A stretch of DNA of 64,000 nucleotides, taken from NCBI GenBank assembly GCA_031552845.1, contig JAVBMC010000046.1:863-64862 (forward strand), given 5' to 3'. The stretch comes from Kiritimatiellia bacterium. Its GTDB lineage: Bacteria > Verrucomicrobiota > Kiritimatiellia > RFP12 > DVOR01. Under the pieces are notes generated by a model, which was not told the origin of the DNA, ran no database searches, and saw nothing but the letters and a program-made list of their open reading frames with translations. This document shows, piece by piece, positions 8,916 through 18,074 of the stretch (the first letter of the stretch is position 1; every line of letters starts with the position of its first letter). The translations under genes and the position numbers were made by a program.

Positions 8916-10613
8916 ATGAAAGCAAGAATATGGTTGGAAGTAGTGGTGTGCGGGCTCATCGCGGCAAGCATTGGCTTTGCGGCAGATGTTGAGGAGCGGA
9001 ACGGCACGTGGATTGCCACGGGGAATGGCAATTGGATGGATGGAGGCAATTGGATGGATGGGTTGGTTGCGACCGGGGCGACTTATACGGCTGCGTTGTT
9101 GGCGCCGATTACAGCGGAGCGTACGATTACGCTTGGCGGAGCGGGGTATGTGATCGGACATTTGGCCGTCACGAATACCAGCACGGCTTCAGCGCGCTGG
9201 GTTTTGTCGAGCAACGGCGGTAAGGAGTTCATGTTTTATGACAATGGTGAGGAGGCGGCAGAGATCGAGATTGGTTCTAATTCAACGCTGCGGACGGGGT
9301 TCTTTACGGCGGCGGGAAATGTTGTCAAGAGCGGCGTGGGTCAGTTGCAGCTGGCTAATGCTAATACCAATGCGCTGGCACAATTTAATAACACGCTGTT
9401 TGTACAGGAGGGGTGGCTGCAATTGGATAATGGTTCGGCAGTTGCACGGATGTCTCAGGTTGTGTTGGGAGGGGGCGACCGTGATGTCACGATTTCATGT
9501 GGTAATTTCGGCGGCAGCGATTCGGCCTCCGATGGCGTGCTGGGGTCGTCATTCCGTGTGCCGGCGGAAGGCTCCGGGCAGGTTACGTTGTTTTGGAATA
9601 CCGCGAATAATATCAACTATCGACAGAGTTGGACGGTTGATAAGAAGCTGGTCTTGGATGTCCGTACTATGGGCGTGTTGTTTCGTAACAACGTCTCAGG
9701 GAGCGGGATGCTTTATAAAACAGGCGCGGGGAGTGTCCGTTTGATGAACAGTAGTCCTTTCAGCGGGGCGGTAGTCGTTGCGCAGGGCAGCTTCTTATTT
9801 GAGAATGGATTCACGTTTTTGAACGCAGCAGAACAGCGCCTGACTGTTGGCGATGAATCCAGCAGTGCGGCGAGTGCGTCTATCGGAGTTGGAAAGGGTG
9901 CGACCCTTGCGGCGGGCGCGTTCATTCATTTTACAGACTGGGTCGGGAATAACGCGCAGATTACGACGTATAATTCCGGCAACAACGATACGATGTCAAC
10001 GATTGCTTCGTCCATACAGATTGACCGTAATGTTTCTGTTTGCAACAACCAAATCAATCCCGGGTCGAGTCAGCCCAATAAGGTTGGCATTTTATTGTCA
10101 GGCATTATCAGCGGTACGGGCGGCTTAGTGTTTAACAACGGAGCCGCGCACATCACCAAGAACTTGCAGCTGAATGCGCAAAACACTTACAGCGGAGGCA
10201 CGGTTATTTCGAATTGCATCCTGCGCGTGCGCGACAATGACGGCAACGCAAATCTGTCGGCAGGTGGCAAACTGGGTACGGGGGATGTGACGATTGGAGA
10301 AAACGGTATTTTGCGGTTGTATGTCCCTAGCGTTGCCGTGCGTGAGATGAATGCGATTGATGATGATGCGTCGCTGATCATTGAGGAGGGGGGGTGCCTT
10401 GATGCAATGACGTGGGATAATTATAGTTTGACCGGTGGCTCGCCGGTTGAGAAGGTGAAGAATCTGAAGTTGGACGGAGTGTGGCAATATCGCGGCACTT
10501 ACGGCGGAACCGGCAGTGGTGCGCAAAAGGAGCTGCCTGATTATTTTGGAGCGAAGGTTGTGGTTCGCGTCACAGAGGGTTTTCAAGGACCTTCGGTGTT
10601 GGTGCTGCAGTAG
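8916..10613 (+). CDS. Secreted beta-helix / autotransporter-associated beta-strand repeat protein (paralog of the C-terminal half of 4184..7513)
   Basis: ATG at 8916 with RBS GAAGGAG 8 nt upstream; the ORF-track start at 8910 is a GTG. Signal peptide. Shared blocks with the 1109-aa protein: ATGATYTA, ITLGG.G..GHLA..NTS, and the C-terminal RGTYG.TGSGA...Q-stop. Confidence 0.75.
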   Translation: MKARIWLEVVVCGLIAASIGFAADVEERNGTWIATGNGNWMDGGNWMDGLVATGATYTAALLAPITAERTITLGGAGYVIGHLAVTNTSTASARWVLSSNGGKEFMFYDNGEEAAEIEIGSNSTLRTGFFTAAGNVVKSGVGQLQLANANTNALAQFNNTLFVQEGWLQLDNGSAVARMSQVVLGGGDRDVTISCGNFGGSDSASDGVLGSSFRVPAEGSGQVTLFWNTANNINYRQSWTVDKKLVLDVRTMGVLFRNNVSGSGMLYKTGAGSVRLMNSSPFSGAVVVAQGSFLFENGFTFLNAAEQRLTVGDESSSAASASIGVGKGATLAAGAFIHFTDWVGNNAQITTYNSGNNDTMSTIASSIQIDRNVSVCNNQINPGSSQPNKVGILLSGIISGTGGLVFNNGAAHITKNLQLNAQNTYSGGTVISNCILRVRDNDGNANLSAGGKLGTGDVTIGENGILRLYVPSVAVREMNAIDDDASLIIEEGGCLDAMTWDNYSLTGGSPVEKVKNLKLDGVWQYRGTYGGTGSGAQKELPDYFGAKVVVRVTEGFQGPSVLVLQ

Positions 10614-10649
10614 GGGTTGAGCGGGGAAAAGCTTCTAAAGGGGATAAGG

Positions 10650-13600
10650 ATGAAAAATGTAGTGTTGTGGGTTGGAATGTTGTGCGCGGTCTCCCTTTTT
10701 GCTCAGGTGCGGAATGGCGATTTCGCTAAAGGCAAAGAGGCATGGTGGGGTGAAGGCAAATGGCAGGCAGCCGACAGTGCATTGCAAGTGCAGAGCGGCT
10801 ACGTGTGCCAAGATAAGATCAGTGTCGAGGGCGGCAAGCGGTATAAGATCAGTTTTCGCGGTAAGGGGCAGGGCGCTTATGCACAACTGAGCTGGCGTGG
10901 CGGGGGCGTTGATGGCGGGTGGTATGGTCCGGCATCAGTCAAGATGGATTGGGGGAACGAAAAAGCACTGGCTCTCTGTGTCGATGGCGATGTTTGGAAG
11001 ACCTACTCTGCCGTAGTGAAAGCGCCCGCAGGGGTTAATCAGGCGTTGATTTATTTGCGCAAGATGCCGAAGTCCGAGGGCGTGGCTTACTATGATGATG
11101 TCACGCTAGTTGAAACGCAAGAGCAGGTTGTGCGTCCGGTGGGAACAGTGTTCGGCGTGATTAAGAATGGTGACTTTGCTAAAGGTAAGGAGACTTGGTG
11201 GGGCGAGGGCACATGGAATGTTGTGAATCAAGCCTTGTGCGTGCAGAGTGGATTTGCCTGTCAGGATAATATCAACGTCGAGGGCGGCAAGCGCTATAAG
11301 CTGTCGCTGCGGATGAAGTGCGAGGGATTGCCGGAAGATGGCGCGTATGTGCAGGTGAGCTATCGCGGAGATGGCGTTGATGGCGGTTGGCGTGGTCCGC
11401 GCACGGTCAAGCTGCCGTGGGGCGGTGAGCGTGCTGTCGCAGTCGATGGGGGGACGAAGGATTGGACAACATATAGCTGCGTACTGGCGCCGCCGGATGG
11501 TGCAGAACAGATGCTGGTTTATCTGCGCAAACGTCCGAAGGTCGAGGGGACGGTATGGTATGACGATGTGACGCTGAGTGAAACGCAGGAGGCGGAGACA
11601 ACCGCGGCGGCGCTTCGGCGTGAAGTGTTGGCAAAGCAGGTCTTTGGCGGTGCGCCGGGTAACGGCGAGTATCGCATTGTGGTCTCTGAGAATTGTGATT
11701 TGATTGAGCTGAATGCCGCGAAGGAGCTGGCAGAGTATTTGGGGCAAATCACGGGCAAACATTATCTGCCGTTGCTCAAGGATACGGATAAAATCCAGCC
11801 GCCGTATATCGCAGTCGGGCGCGGCAACAAACTGCTGTCGACGAAGCCCGCGTGGGAGAAGTTAGGTGCAGATGGATTTGTCGTGCAGTCGGATGGAAAT
11901 GTTTATTTAGCCGGGGGTACGCCGGGGGCGACGATGTATGCGGTGAATTGGTTCCTCGATCATCAATTAGGCGTGAAGTGGCTGGCGCCGGATTATACGT
12001 TTGTGCCTAAGCGCAGCCAGTTGAGCATTTCAAAGTCCTCGACGGTGCAGGTGCCGCGCTTCAATTTTCGTCAGATTCTCGGGCATGAAGGACAGGATAA
12101 GGCGTTTGCCGCGCACAACCTGCTCAATGGCAGTTCGCATGGTGCTTACAGCATTATTCCTCCGGCCGAAATTGACCACTTTGATTATTCCTGGCAGCGT
12201 CCCGGCATGACGGCTTCGTTCTATCAGCTGCTGCCGCCCAAGGATCATCAGGCCAAGAATCCACAGTGGTATGCGGGCGGACAGCTGGCGATGATGAATG
12301 ACGGCATGCGCGCCGCACTGGCGGATGCGATTGGCCGCCGTCTCGCTAAAGAACCCAACTATGGCGACTATTGGTTTGGATTGATGGATAACGATTGGGG
12401 CTGGGATATGGACGGCGAGAGCCGCGCCTTCGCACAGAAGCACGGTTGTGTTCCATCGGCACCGCTCTTTGATATGGTGAAGGATGTCGCACGGCGCGTG
12501 CAGCAGAAATATCCGAAAGCTAAGTTTGCATCCAACGCTTATCATTGGGGATTCAATCCGCCTAGAAACTTGGAGATTCCTGACAGCATCCGTGTGTTTC
12601 CGATGACCATTCATCTTGACTACAGCACACCGCTCAATGTTGGACGCAACGTCCATCTTGGCCGCGACTTGGAGCAGTGGAATGCGACTGCCAAGAATAT
12701 CCTCTTGTGGGATCACGTTGTCAACTTCCATGGGTTCATCCAACCGACGCCTAATCTTTATCCTATTGCGGAAACGATCAAATGGCTGGATGGGTTGAAG
12801 AACATTCAAGGCTACTTTGCAGAGGCCAGCTGGAATACGAAGGGGTCGGAGTTCGCCTCTTTGCGCACGTGGCTGATGGCGCGGCTGTTGTGGGACCCGA
12901 AGGCCGATTACAAGAAAGCGGTTGAAGAATATTGTGATGCCTACTTCGGTGCCGCCGGAAAGATCATGAGGGATTACATTGACTATATGCATGTGTATTC
13001 CGTGCAGACGCGCTCGCCCATCTGGGAGAAGGTCAATGTTGATGCGCCGATGCTGACGCTTGACTTCATCGTCAAGGCCGATGCGATGATGGCGCAGGCG
13101 GCGCAGTTGGTGAAGGATGACCCCGTCCGCTTGAAGCACGTAAACCAAGTCCGCGTGACGATTGACTATGTGGCGCTGTTGCGCCGACAGGAGTTTGAAC
13201 GTGAAGCTGCGAAGCGTGGCATCAAATGGAACTCCGATCGTGCCAACCGTACGGCTCGCGCCAAGGCGATTGCCGAAGCTGAAGGCATCAAGCAATACCG
13301 CCAGAGCGGTCCCATGAGTGAGTTCTTTGAGATTATCGAGATGGACAGAAAGCCCTCTGCTCTGCCCGTCGAGTTTGCTAACGTCAAGCCGGAGAATATC
13401 CGCGAAGTGCAAGACCTTGGGTTCAACCGTTATTACAATACGACTGTGCTTGTGACTGACCCAAAGGCATCTGACGGAATCACCGCGCGGCTCGAAGGTA
13501 AGAACGGCGCCCCGCTCATTCAAGCCAAACACCACCTCCTGCCCGAAGAGGGTGAGTGGGATGTTTACGCGCAAGTCCGCGTTGAAGCAGACGGTGCAGC

Positions 13601-13826
13601 GGATGATGATAAAGTCGGCGGCGTCGGTTCCATGCCGCCGATGGGCGTCTTCACTGAGATGAAGTGGAAGGATTTCAAAGATGGCGAGTATCACCTCGTC
13701 AAAGCCAAGGGAGGCCCCTTCAGCTACTCCGGCGACGAAGGCGCCATCTGTTACGTCTGTGGTTCCGGCAATGCTAAAACCAAGTACATCTACGTTGATC
13801 GTTTTATCTTTGTGCGCGTGAAGTAA
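10650..13826 (+). CDS. Secreted DUF4838-like (glycoside-hydrolase-like) protein with two tandem N-terminal CBM-like modules
   Basis: ATG at 10650 after AAAGGGGATAAGGA; the track start at 10617 is TTG. Signal peptide MKNVVLWVGMLCAVSLFAQ. Two ~140-aa internal repeats (approx. 10707..11121 and 11163..11585; NGDFAKGKE.WWGEG...YYDDVTL.E). Then a DUF4838-like core (YLAGGTPGATMYAVNWFLDHQLGVKWLAPDY). Confidence 0.7.
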   Translation: MKNVVLWVGMLCAVSLFAQVRNGDFAKGKEAWWGEGKWQAADSALQVQSGYVCQDKISVEGGKRYKISFRGKGQGAYAQLSWRGGGVDGGWYGPASVKMDWGNEKALALCVDGDVWKTYSAVVKAPAGVNQALIYLRKMPKSEGVAYYDDVTLVETQEQVVRPVGTVFGVIKNGDFAKGKETWWGEGTWNVVNQALCVQSGFACQDNINVEGGKRYKLSLRMKCEGLPEDGAYVQVSYRGDGVDGGWRGPRTVKLPWGGERAVAVDGGTKDWTTYSCVLAPPDGAEQMLVYLRKRPKVEGTVWYDDVTLSETQEAETTAAALRREVLAKQVFGGAPGNGEYRIVVSENCDLIELNAAKELAEYLGQITGKHYLPLLKDTDKIQPPYIAVGRGNKLLSTKPAWEKLGADGFVVQSDGNVYLAGGTPGATMYAVNWFLDHQLGVKWLAPDYTFVPKRSQLSISKSSTVQVPRFNFRQILGHEGQDKAFAAHNLLNGSSHGAYSIIPPAEIDHFDYSWQRPGMTASFYQLLPPKDHQAKNPQWYAGGQLAMMNDGMRAALADAIGRRLAKEPNYGDYWFGLMDNDWGWDMDGESRAFAQKHGCVPSAPLFDMVKDVARRVQQKYPKAKFASNAYHWGFNPPRNLEIPDSIRVFPMTIHLDYSTPLNVGRNVHLGRDLEQWNATAKNILLWDHVVNFHGFIQPTPNLYPIAETIKWLDGLKNIQGYFAEASWNTKGSEFASLRTWLMARLLWDPKADYKKAVEEYCDAYFGAAGKIMRDYIDYMHVYSVQTRSPIWEKVNVDAPMLTLDFIVKADAMMAQAAQLVKDDPVRLKHVNQVRVTIDYVALLRRQEFEREAAKRGIKWNSDRANRTARAKAIAEAEGIKQYRQSGPMSEFFEIIEMDRKPSALPVEFANVKPENIREVQDLGFNRYYNTTVLVTDPKASDGITARLEGKNGAPLIQAKHHLLPEEGEWDVYAQVRVEADGAADDDKVGGVGSMPPMGVFTEMKWKDFKDGEYHLVKAKGGPFSYSGDEGAICYVCGSGNAKTKYIYVDRFIFVRVK

Positions 13827-13834
13827 GGTGCTGA

Positions 13835-16243
13835 CTACTTAACAATGACGCGGGCGCCGTGTGTGTGTTGTAGCCGGTGTTGGGCTTGCAGGCGTTCATC
13901 AGGCGTCCAGGCGGTGCCGGTTTGGATGCAGGTGGGGCGTTCGGGGTCGGTGGAGTAAAGGACGTCTTCTGTCTCGATGCGCACAGGGTCGGTGCGTAGT
14001 GGCGAGTTGAACCGTTGGGTTGTATCAAGATAATAGTGTAAACGATATTGGCCTTGTGCCCCTTCGGTTTGAATTAGGCCGGTAAGCGGAAGAAAGATTT
14101 GCTGTAGGTCGCTGAGAGGTGAGCCGGGGGTAATGGGTTTGTCAGAGCGCAATTCGGCATCAAGCGTTCTGCCAAATATTTGAATGACAGTTACAAGATT
14201 ATTGCGGATGTCTGCAAGGAGTGTTTCTTCTTGAGCGGTAGCCTTGTTGAGAGCCAGCACGCGCAGGAGGTCGAGTTGTTGTAGCTTGAAGGATGGTGTT
14301 GACGTCTCTGTGTTTTCAAGATATTTATCCATCCAAGGTTTGCAGTTCAGCTCTAGTGCGAAGGGCGGGGCAAGTTCACGTAGCTGTGTGCCAATGGCGG
14401 CACCGTGTTCATTGTCAGAAGAATTGAGCGCGTCTTCTGCTTGGGTGTAGAGATTGAGCGTGAAGAGGCTCTTGCCGGGATAGCAGGATGCACGGCGCGG
14501 TGTCAGTGCGGCGAAGAGTCCTTGAGAAAATTGTTGGCCCTCACTCAAATAATTTAGAAGCGCATTGCCTGACTCGGCTGCAGACGGTGGTGTAAGGCTG
14601 AGTGACTTGTTCGAGAGAGCACCAGTCTCGGCATAGTGGTAGAGGTAGTCGGTGGGGGTGAGGTGCGAGACGTGCAGGTGTGTGTAAAGCGCTTCGACGG
14701 CGGCGGTGAGGTTGTGGAGCGCGTGCTTTTCAAGATCGTGATAGCGCAGGGCGATATCGGTTTGCAGGCGAGTGAAGTAACTTGCTGCGGGAGCAGGGTG
14801 ATCTCCGAATTGTGTAGTGAGGTTGAAATAGCGCGCGGCATTCTTCCATTGGCCAAGTTTGGCATAGGCCATGGCGAGGCGGTTGAGCGTCCAATTGATC
14901 GCTTGCGGATCGTCGTAGGTTGTGGCGCAGCCATCTTTCAGCCATTTGTGAAACGCAACGTGGTAGTCGGCGGCGGCTTGCTCGTAATTGCCGAGAGCAT
15001 GGTGAGCTTGAGCACGGGTGAAGTAAAGATCGGACTCTGCATGCTCGTCGGCGTCAACGGCGTATGAGCAGTCGGCAATGGCTTGTTGATAATCACCGTT
15101 GACGTAAGAGATGGTAGCTCGGTCGCTGTAATATTTGTTAAGATAGAAGGGCGGATTATTCTCTGGGCGAGTTAACGTGGTCAGCGCTTGCACATAGTCG
15201 CCTCGGGCATAATGGACGTAAGCAAGGTCGTCGCAGTCGGTTTTGGATCTTAGCGCAGCTTCTTGTGTGAAGTGTGCGAGAGCTAGTGCGAATTGCTTTT
15301 GCTCGATGTAGATGCATGCAAGGTCTTGGTGGGCATTTGCGCTGTGATCCCAGTGATCTTCATTTTCGGTGTCTTCCTCTGTTGCTAACTCGAGATAGGC
15401 GGTGAGGTCGGCAATGGCTTTTGAAAACTTCCGACAGATCATCAGGAGGTTGCCGCGGAGGTAGTATGCGGCGATTGTTTTTTCTTTGCTGGCCGCGCCG
15501 AGTATTTCGTTATACTGTTCAAGCGCCGGAGCGTATTGCTGAAGGAATCTGTAACACTCTGCGAGACGTAGGCGCGTCTTTGACGAAGCACCCTCCTCAA
15601 ACCACCATACGACTTTGCTGATCTCAATGGCTTTGAGATAGTCGAGAATTGCGCCTTCGTAGTCTTCGTCGAATTTTTCTGTGAGGGCATTGGCGTGGGC
15701 GAGGTAGGCGGAGCCGTGTTGCGGGTTGATGGCAATCGCACGGGAGAAGTCTTCAATGGAGCGGTCATCGTTGTCGCTCCATGTCGGGGGAGCGAATGTG
15801 ACTAAAGCGAGCCCACGATGGTAATAGGCTTCGGCATTGTTGGTGTCGAGTTCGATGGCTTTGTCGAGGTCGGCGAAAGCTTTTGCTTCATCGCCCAATT
15901 CGCGGTAAGCCCAGCCGCGGTTGGTATAGGCTTCGGAGTTGTTGGAGTTGAGTTGGATTGCTTGAGTGGCATCGGCAACGGCATGACGATAGTCTTTGAG
16001 TTCGTTGAACGGACGGGCGCGCCGACCATAAGCGGTTGAACGCTCGAGATCATTGGCGCCAGTTCGGACTGCAAAGGTATATTCGTTGATGGCGGATTTT
16101 TCCAAATGGTCTTCAAATGCAAAGTGATCGCCAAAGCCGATGTAGTCTGCGTGGGAGGAGTTCGGGTGAATGTTCTCCAGCTCCATGGCGTCCGTCTCGC
16201 GCACGAGCTTCTCAATCGGTATATCGTTCTTCTCCATAACCAT
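13835..16243 (-). CDS. TPR-repeat protein
   Basis: Many TPR units (AYTNRGWAYRELGDEAKAFADLDKAIELDTNNAEAYYHRGLAL). The preferred start is ATG at 16243 (MVMEKNDIPIEK) with SD AGGAGAGG. The track's extension to 16567 runs across a repeat-rich intergenic region and is probably not translated. Confidence 0.8.
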   Translation of the reverse strand: MVMEKNDIPIEKLVRETDAMELENIHPNSSHADYIGFGDHFAFEDHLEKSAINEYTFAVRTGANDLERSTAYGRRARPFNELKDYRHAVADATQAIQLNSNNSEAYTNRGWAYRELGDEAKAFADLDKAIELDTNNAEAYYHRGLALVTFAPPTWSDNDDRSIEDFSRAIAINPQHGSAYLAHANALTEKFDEDYEGAILDYLKAIEISKVVWWFEEGASSKTRLRLAECYRFLQQYAPALEQYNEILGAASKEKTIAAYYLRGNLLMICRKFSKAIADLTAYLELATEEDTENEDHWDHSANAHQDLACIYIEQKQFALALAHFTQEAALRSKTDCDDLAYVHYARGDYVQALTTLTRPENNPPFYLNKYYSDRATISYVNGDYQQAIADCSYAVDADEHAESDLYFTRAQAHHALGNYEQAAADYHVAFHKWLKDGCATTYDDPQAINWTLNRLAMAYAKLGQWKNAARYFNLTTQFGDHPAPAASYFTRLQTDIALRYHDLEKHALHNLTAAVEALYTHLHVSHLTPTDYLYHYAETGALSNKSLSLTPPSAAESGNALLNYLSEGQQFSQGLFAALTPRRASCYPGKSLFTLNLYTQAEDALNSSDNEHGAAIGTQLRELAPPFALELNCKPWMDKYLENTETSTPSFKLQQLDLLRVLALNKATAQEETLLADIRNNLVTVIQIFGRTLDAELRSDKPITPGSPLSDLQQIFLPLTGLIQTEGAQGQYRLHYYLDTTQRFNSPLRTDPVRIETEDVLYSTDPERPTCIQTGTAWTPDERLQAQHRLQHTHGARVIVK

Positions 16244-16335
16244 CCTCTCCTGCCGTGAAAGCAAACAGAGGTAGTGTAGCAGGATTCGCGGATTTTGCAA
16301 GTATGAAGGAGCTTTCGGCAACAAGTCCAAATAAG

Positions 16336-16535
16336 GCTCACGCGGAGACGCGGAGGCGCGGAAAGAAACTGACACGGTTGTTGGGCAGGGCGTGTTTCGC
16401 CGAAACCGCTGTGTGTGTTCGATGGAGTCGGTGAAATCGACGAAATCGCGTACTGTTTCTGGGAGCGCCGGCGTCCTCGCCGGCATTTGTGTGTGTCTCT
16501 CCTCTCTTTCCGCGCTTCCGCGTCTCCGCGTGAGC
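16336..16535. repeat. 30-bp inverted repeat pair (1 mismatch) enclosing ~140 bp; MITE-like or long hairpin
   Basis: GCTCACGCGGAGACGCGGAGGCGCGGAAAG at 16336..16365 and its reverse complement (one A/G difference) at 16506..16535. The enclosed segment contains the GTTTCGCCGAAAC palindrome. Confidence 0.6.
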
Positions 16536-16587
16536 TTCTTCTTCCCCTTGTCTTTATTGAGGTTCATTCTTCCGCAAACTTTCCCTC

Positions 16588-16615
16588 TTGACTTACTCCT
16601 TAATTCTGCTAAACT
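16588..16615 (+). promoter_or_regulatory. Sigma70-type promoter (TTGACT-N16-TAAACT) for HU-like gene copy 1
   Basis: TTGACT 16588..16593 and TAAACT 16610..16615. The same element and flanks are found at 41921..41948 upstream of copy 2. Confidence 0.55.
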
Positions 16616-16897
16616 GCATCCCCGTTGACCCCATTGAGTGACTCGTCACTGATTCGGATCTTGAGGCTCGGAGTTCCAAGCGAATCTCCGCCCCCCGACA
16701 TACGAGAGCTTAAGCTCCAAGGAGCCATCAACTATAAAGACTGCCCGTTTGGCCGGCGTGCAGTCCAGATGCCAGGGGGATATCCACCAATCGCACGAGT
16801 GTGCTGTATGGTTTATTCGGAATCGCTTTGGCGTCGGGTTGACAGACGCCGCCGACTGCCAGCATCAACTATAGGCGGCAAGAAAGAACAAGACATC

Positions 16898-17638
16898 ATG
16901 TCAACAACAACAAACGAGCCCACCAGCTCGATTCAGGTACAAATCGTCAAGCCCGTCTCCGGCGAGCTTGTTAAGGACGGACTGCAGACGGTGAAAGCCA
17001 TCTCCCGCAGCACCGTCTCCAACGCCCAGCTCCTCGACTTCATGGTCGGCGACGGCGGCGGCATCAGCAAACCTCAAGCCAAGGCTTTTTACGAAGCCTA
17101 TGCAGACACCGTCAGCCGGTTGCTCCTCGCGGGACACAACATCCCCGTGGGCGACCTCGGTTACCTGCACGTCACGGCCAAAGGCGTGTTTGATGCGGAA
17201 GGTAAACCCGTGGAAGGTAAAGAGCTGATCTTCAAGATCAAGTTCCTGCCCAAGAAGGTCGTCAAAAACCTTCTGGCGAACCTGCCCTATGAAACCGTCG
17301 AAGCTCACGACCGCCAGCCCCGTCTGAATACGGTGACCGACAGCATTACGCTGAACGTCAACTCCGTCGTCACACGCGGGATGTCGGCCAAGCTCAACGG
17401 CAAGAACCTCAAATTCCACCCCCTCGTGGCTGACGAAGGCCTCTTCTTCGTTCCCGTCGAGGGTGGAGCTGCGGTCAAGGTCACCCAATTCCTCGACAAC
17501 CGCGACGTACGTCTCACGTTCAACGTGCCGGGTGAACTCACGGAAGGCACCAACTACCGCCTCGAAGTGCGCAAACGCTTCAGCGGGTGCAAGGCCTTAC
17601 GTATCGGAACCCTTGAGAACACGCTCAGCGTGAACTAA
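16898..17638 (+). CDS. HU-like DNA-binding protein (Bacteroidetes-type HU_2 N-terminus) with DUF4469-like Ig-fold C-terminal domain, copy 1
   Basis: 246 aa starting MSTTTNEP. Overall architecture and the C-terminal block HPLVADEGLFFVPVEGG match the DUF4469-type family. The ORF-track upstream extension (16625) runs through a leader that is conserved at the nucleotide level but not in reading frame. Confidence 0.55.
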   Translation: MSTTTNEPTSSIQVQIVKPVSGELVKDGLQTVKAISRSTVSNAQLLDFMVGDGGGISKPQAKAFYEAYADTVSRLLLAGHNIPVGDLGYLHVTAKGVFDAEGKPVEGKELIFKIKFLPKKVVKNLLANLPYETVEAHDRQPRLNTVTDSITLNVNSVVTRGMSAKLNGKNLKFHPLVADEGLFFVPVEGGAAVKVTQFLDNRDVRLTFNVPGELTEGTNYRLEVRKRFSGCKALRIGTLENTLSVN

Positions 17639-17671
17639 CCTCGCGGCACTCACAGAGTAATAACCCAACCC

Positions 17672-17710
17672 AGGGGCAGGCGCCACATCGGCGTCTGCCC
17701 CTTTTTTATT
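17672..17710 (+). terminator. Rho-independent terminator
   Basis: GGGGCAGGCGCC-ACATC-GGCGTCTGCCCC followed by TTTTTTATT. Confidence 0.7.
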
Positions 17711-17777
17711 CCCAAGACGTATCATAAAAACACGCATGTTGAAAATGTGCGAGGCACGTGGTACAAAAGTTTGACGA

Positions 17778-17865
17778 GGCTCACACAAATTATCCATACG
17801 GCTCGCGCATTTTATCCATTGGGCTCAGTCAAAATACCCGCCCGGCTCACGTAAATATCCGAGCT
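17778..17865. repeat. Four tandem 22-bp direct repeats (iteron-like array) downstream of HU-like copy 1
   Basis: Units start at 17778, 17800, 17822 and 17844: GGCTCACACAAATTATCCATAC / GGCTCGCGCATTTTATCCATTG / GGCTCAGTCAAAATACCCGCCC / GGCTCACGTAAATATCCGAGCT. Confidence 0.75.
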
Positions 17866-18074
17866 ACGTCGCGGGACGCCAACATGAGACATCAGGTAAT
17901 GAGTGAGAAGTAATAGGTAATAAGTGTGAGAGGTATAGTGAAAATACTGAAAGAAGATGGAATAAAAGTTCATGTAGAGAAAATTGTCCTAAGACGGCAC
18001 AGATCCAAACAGATAATGGGAAAAGCAGTCAGTAAAGGTGATAGATAATACGTGGGGGAGACTAAACGCGGTAC

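Noticed and set aside
12030-13694. 554-aa minus-strand ORF antisense to the DUF4838 gene
   Set aside because: No domain features, and the sense strand encodes a coherent signal-peptide-bearing multidomain protein.
16244-16567. N-terminal 108-aa extension of the TPR ORF
   Set aside because: It crosses inverted repeats and the palindrome element and is Arg/Lys/Pro-rich. A good SD plus ATG at 16243 begins the TPR-containing portion.
16625-16897. Upstream extension of the HU-like ORF, and the 60-aa ORF at 41958..42140
   Set aside because: The region is conserved between the two copies at the nucleotide level with frame-breaking indels, so it is not a conserved peptide. Treated as leader RNA.
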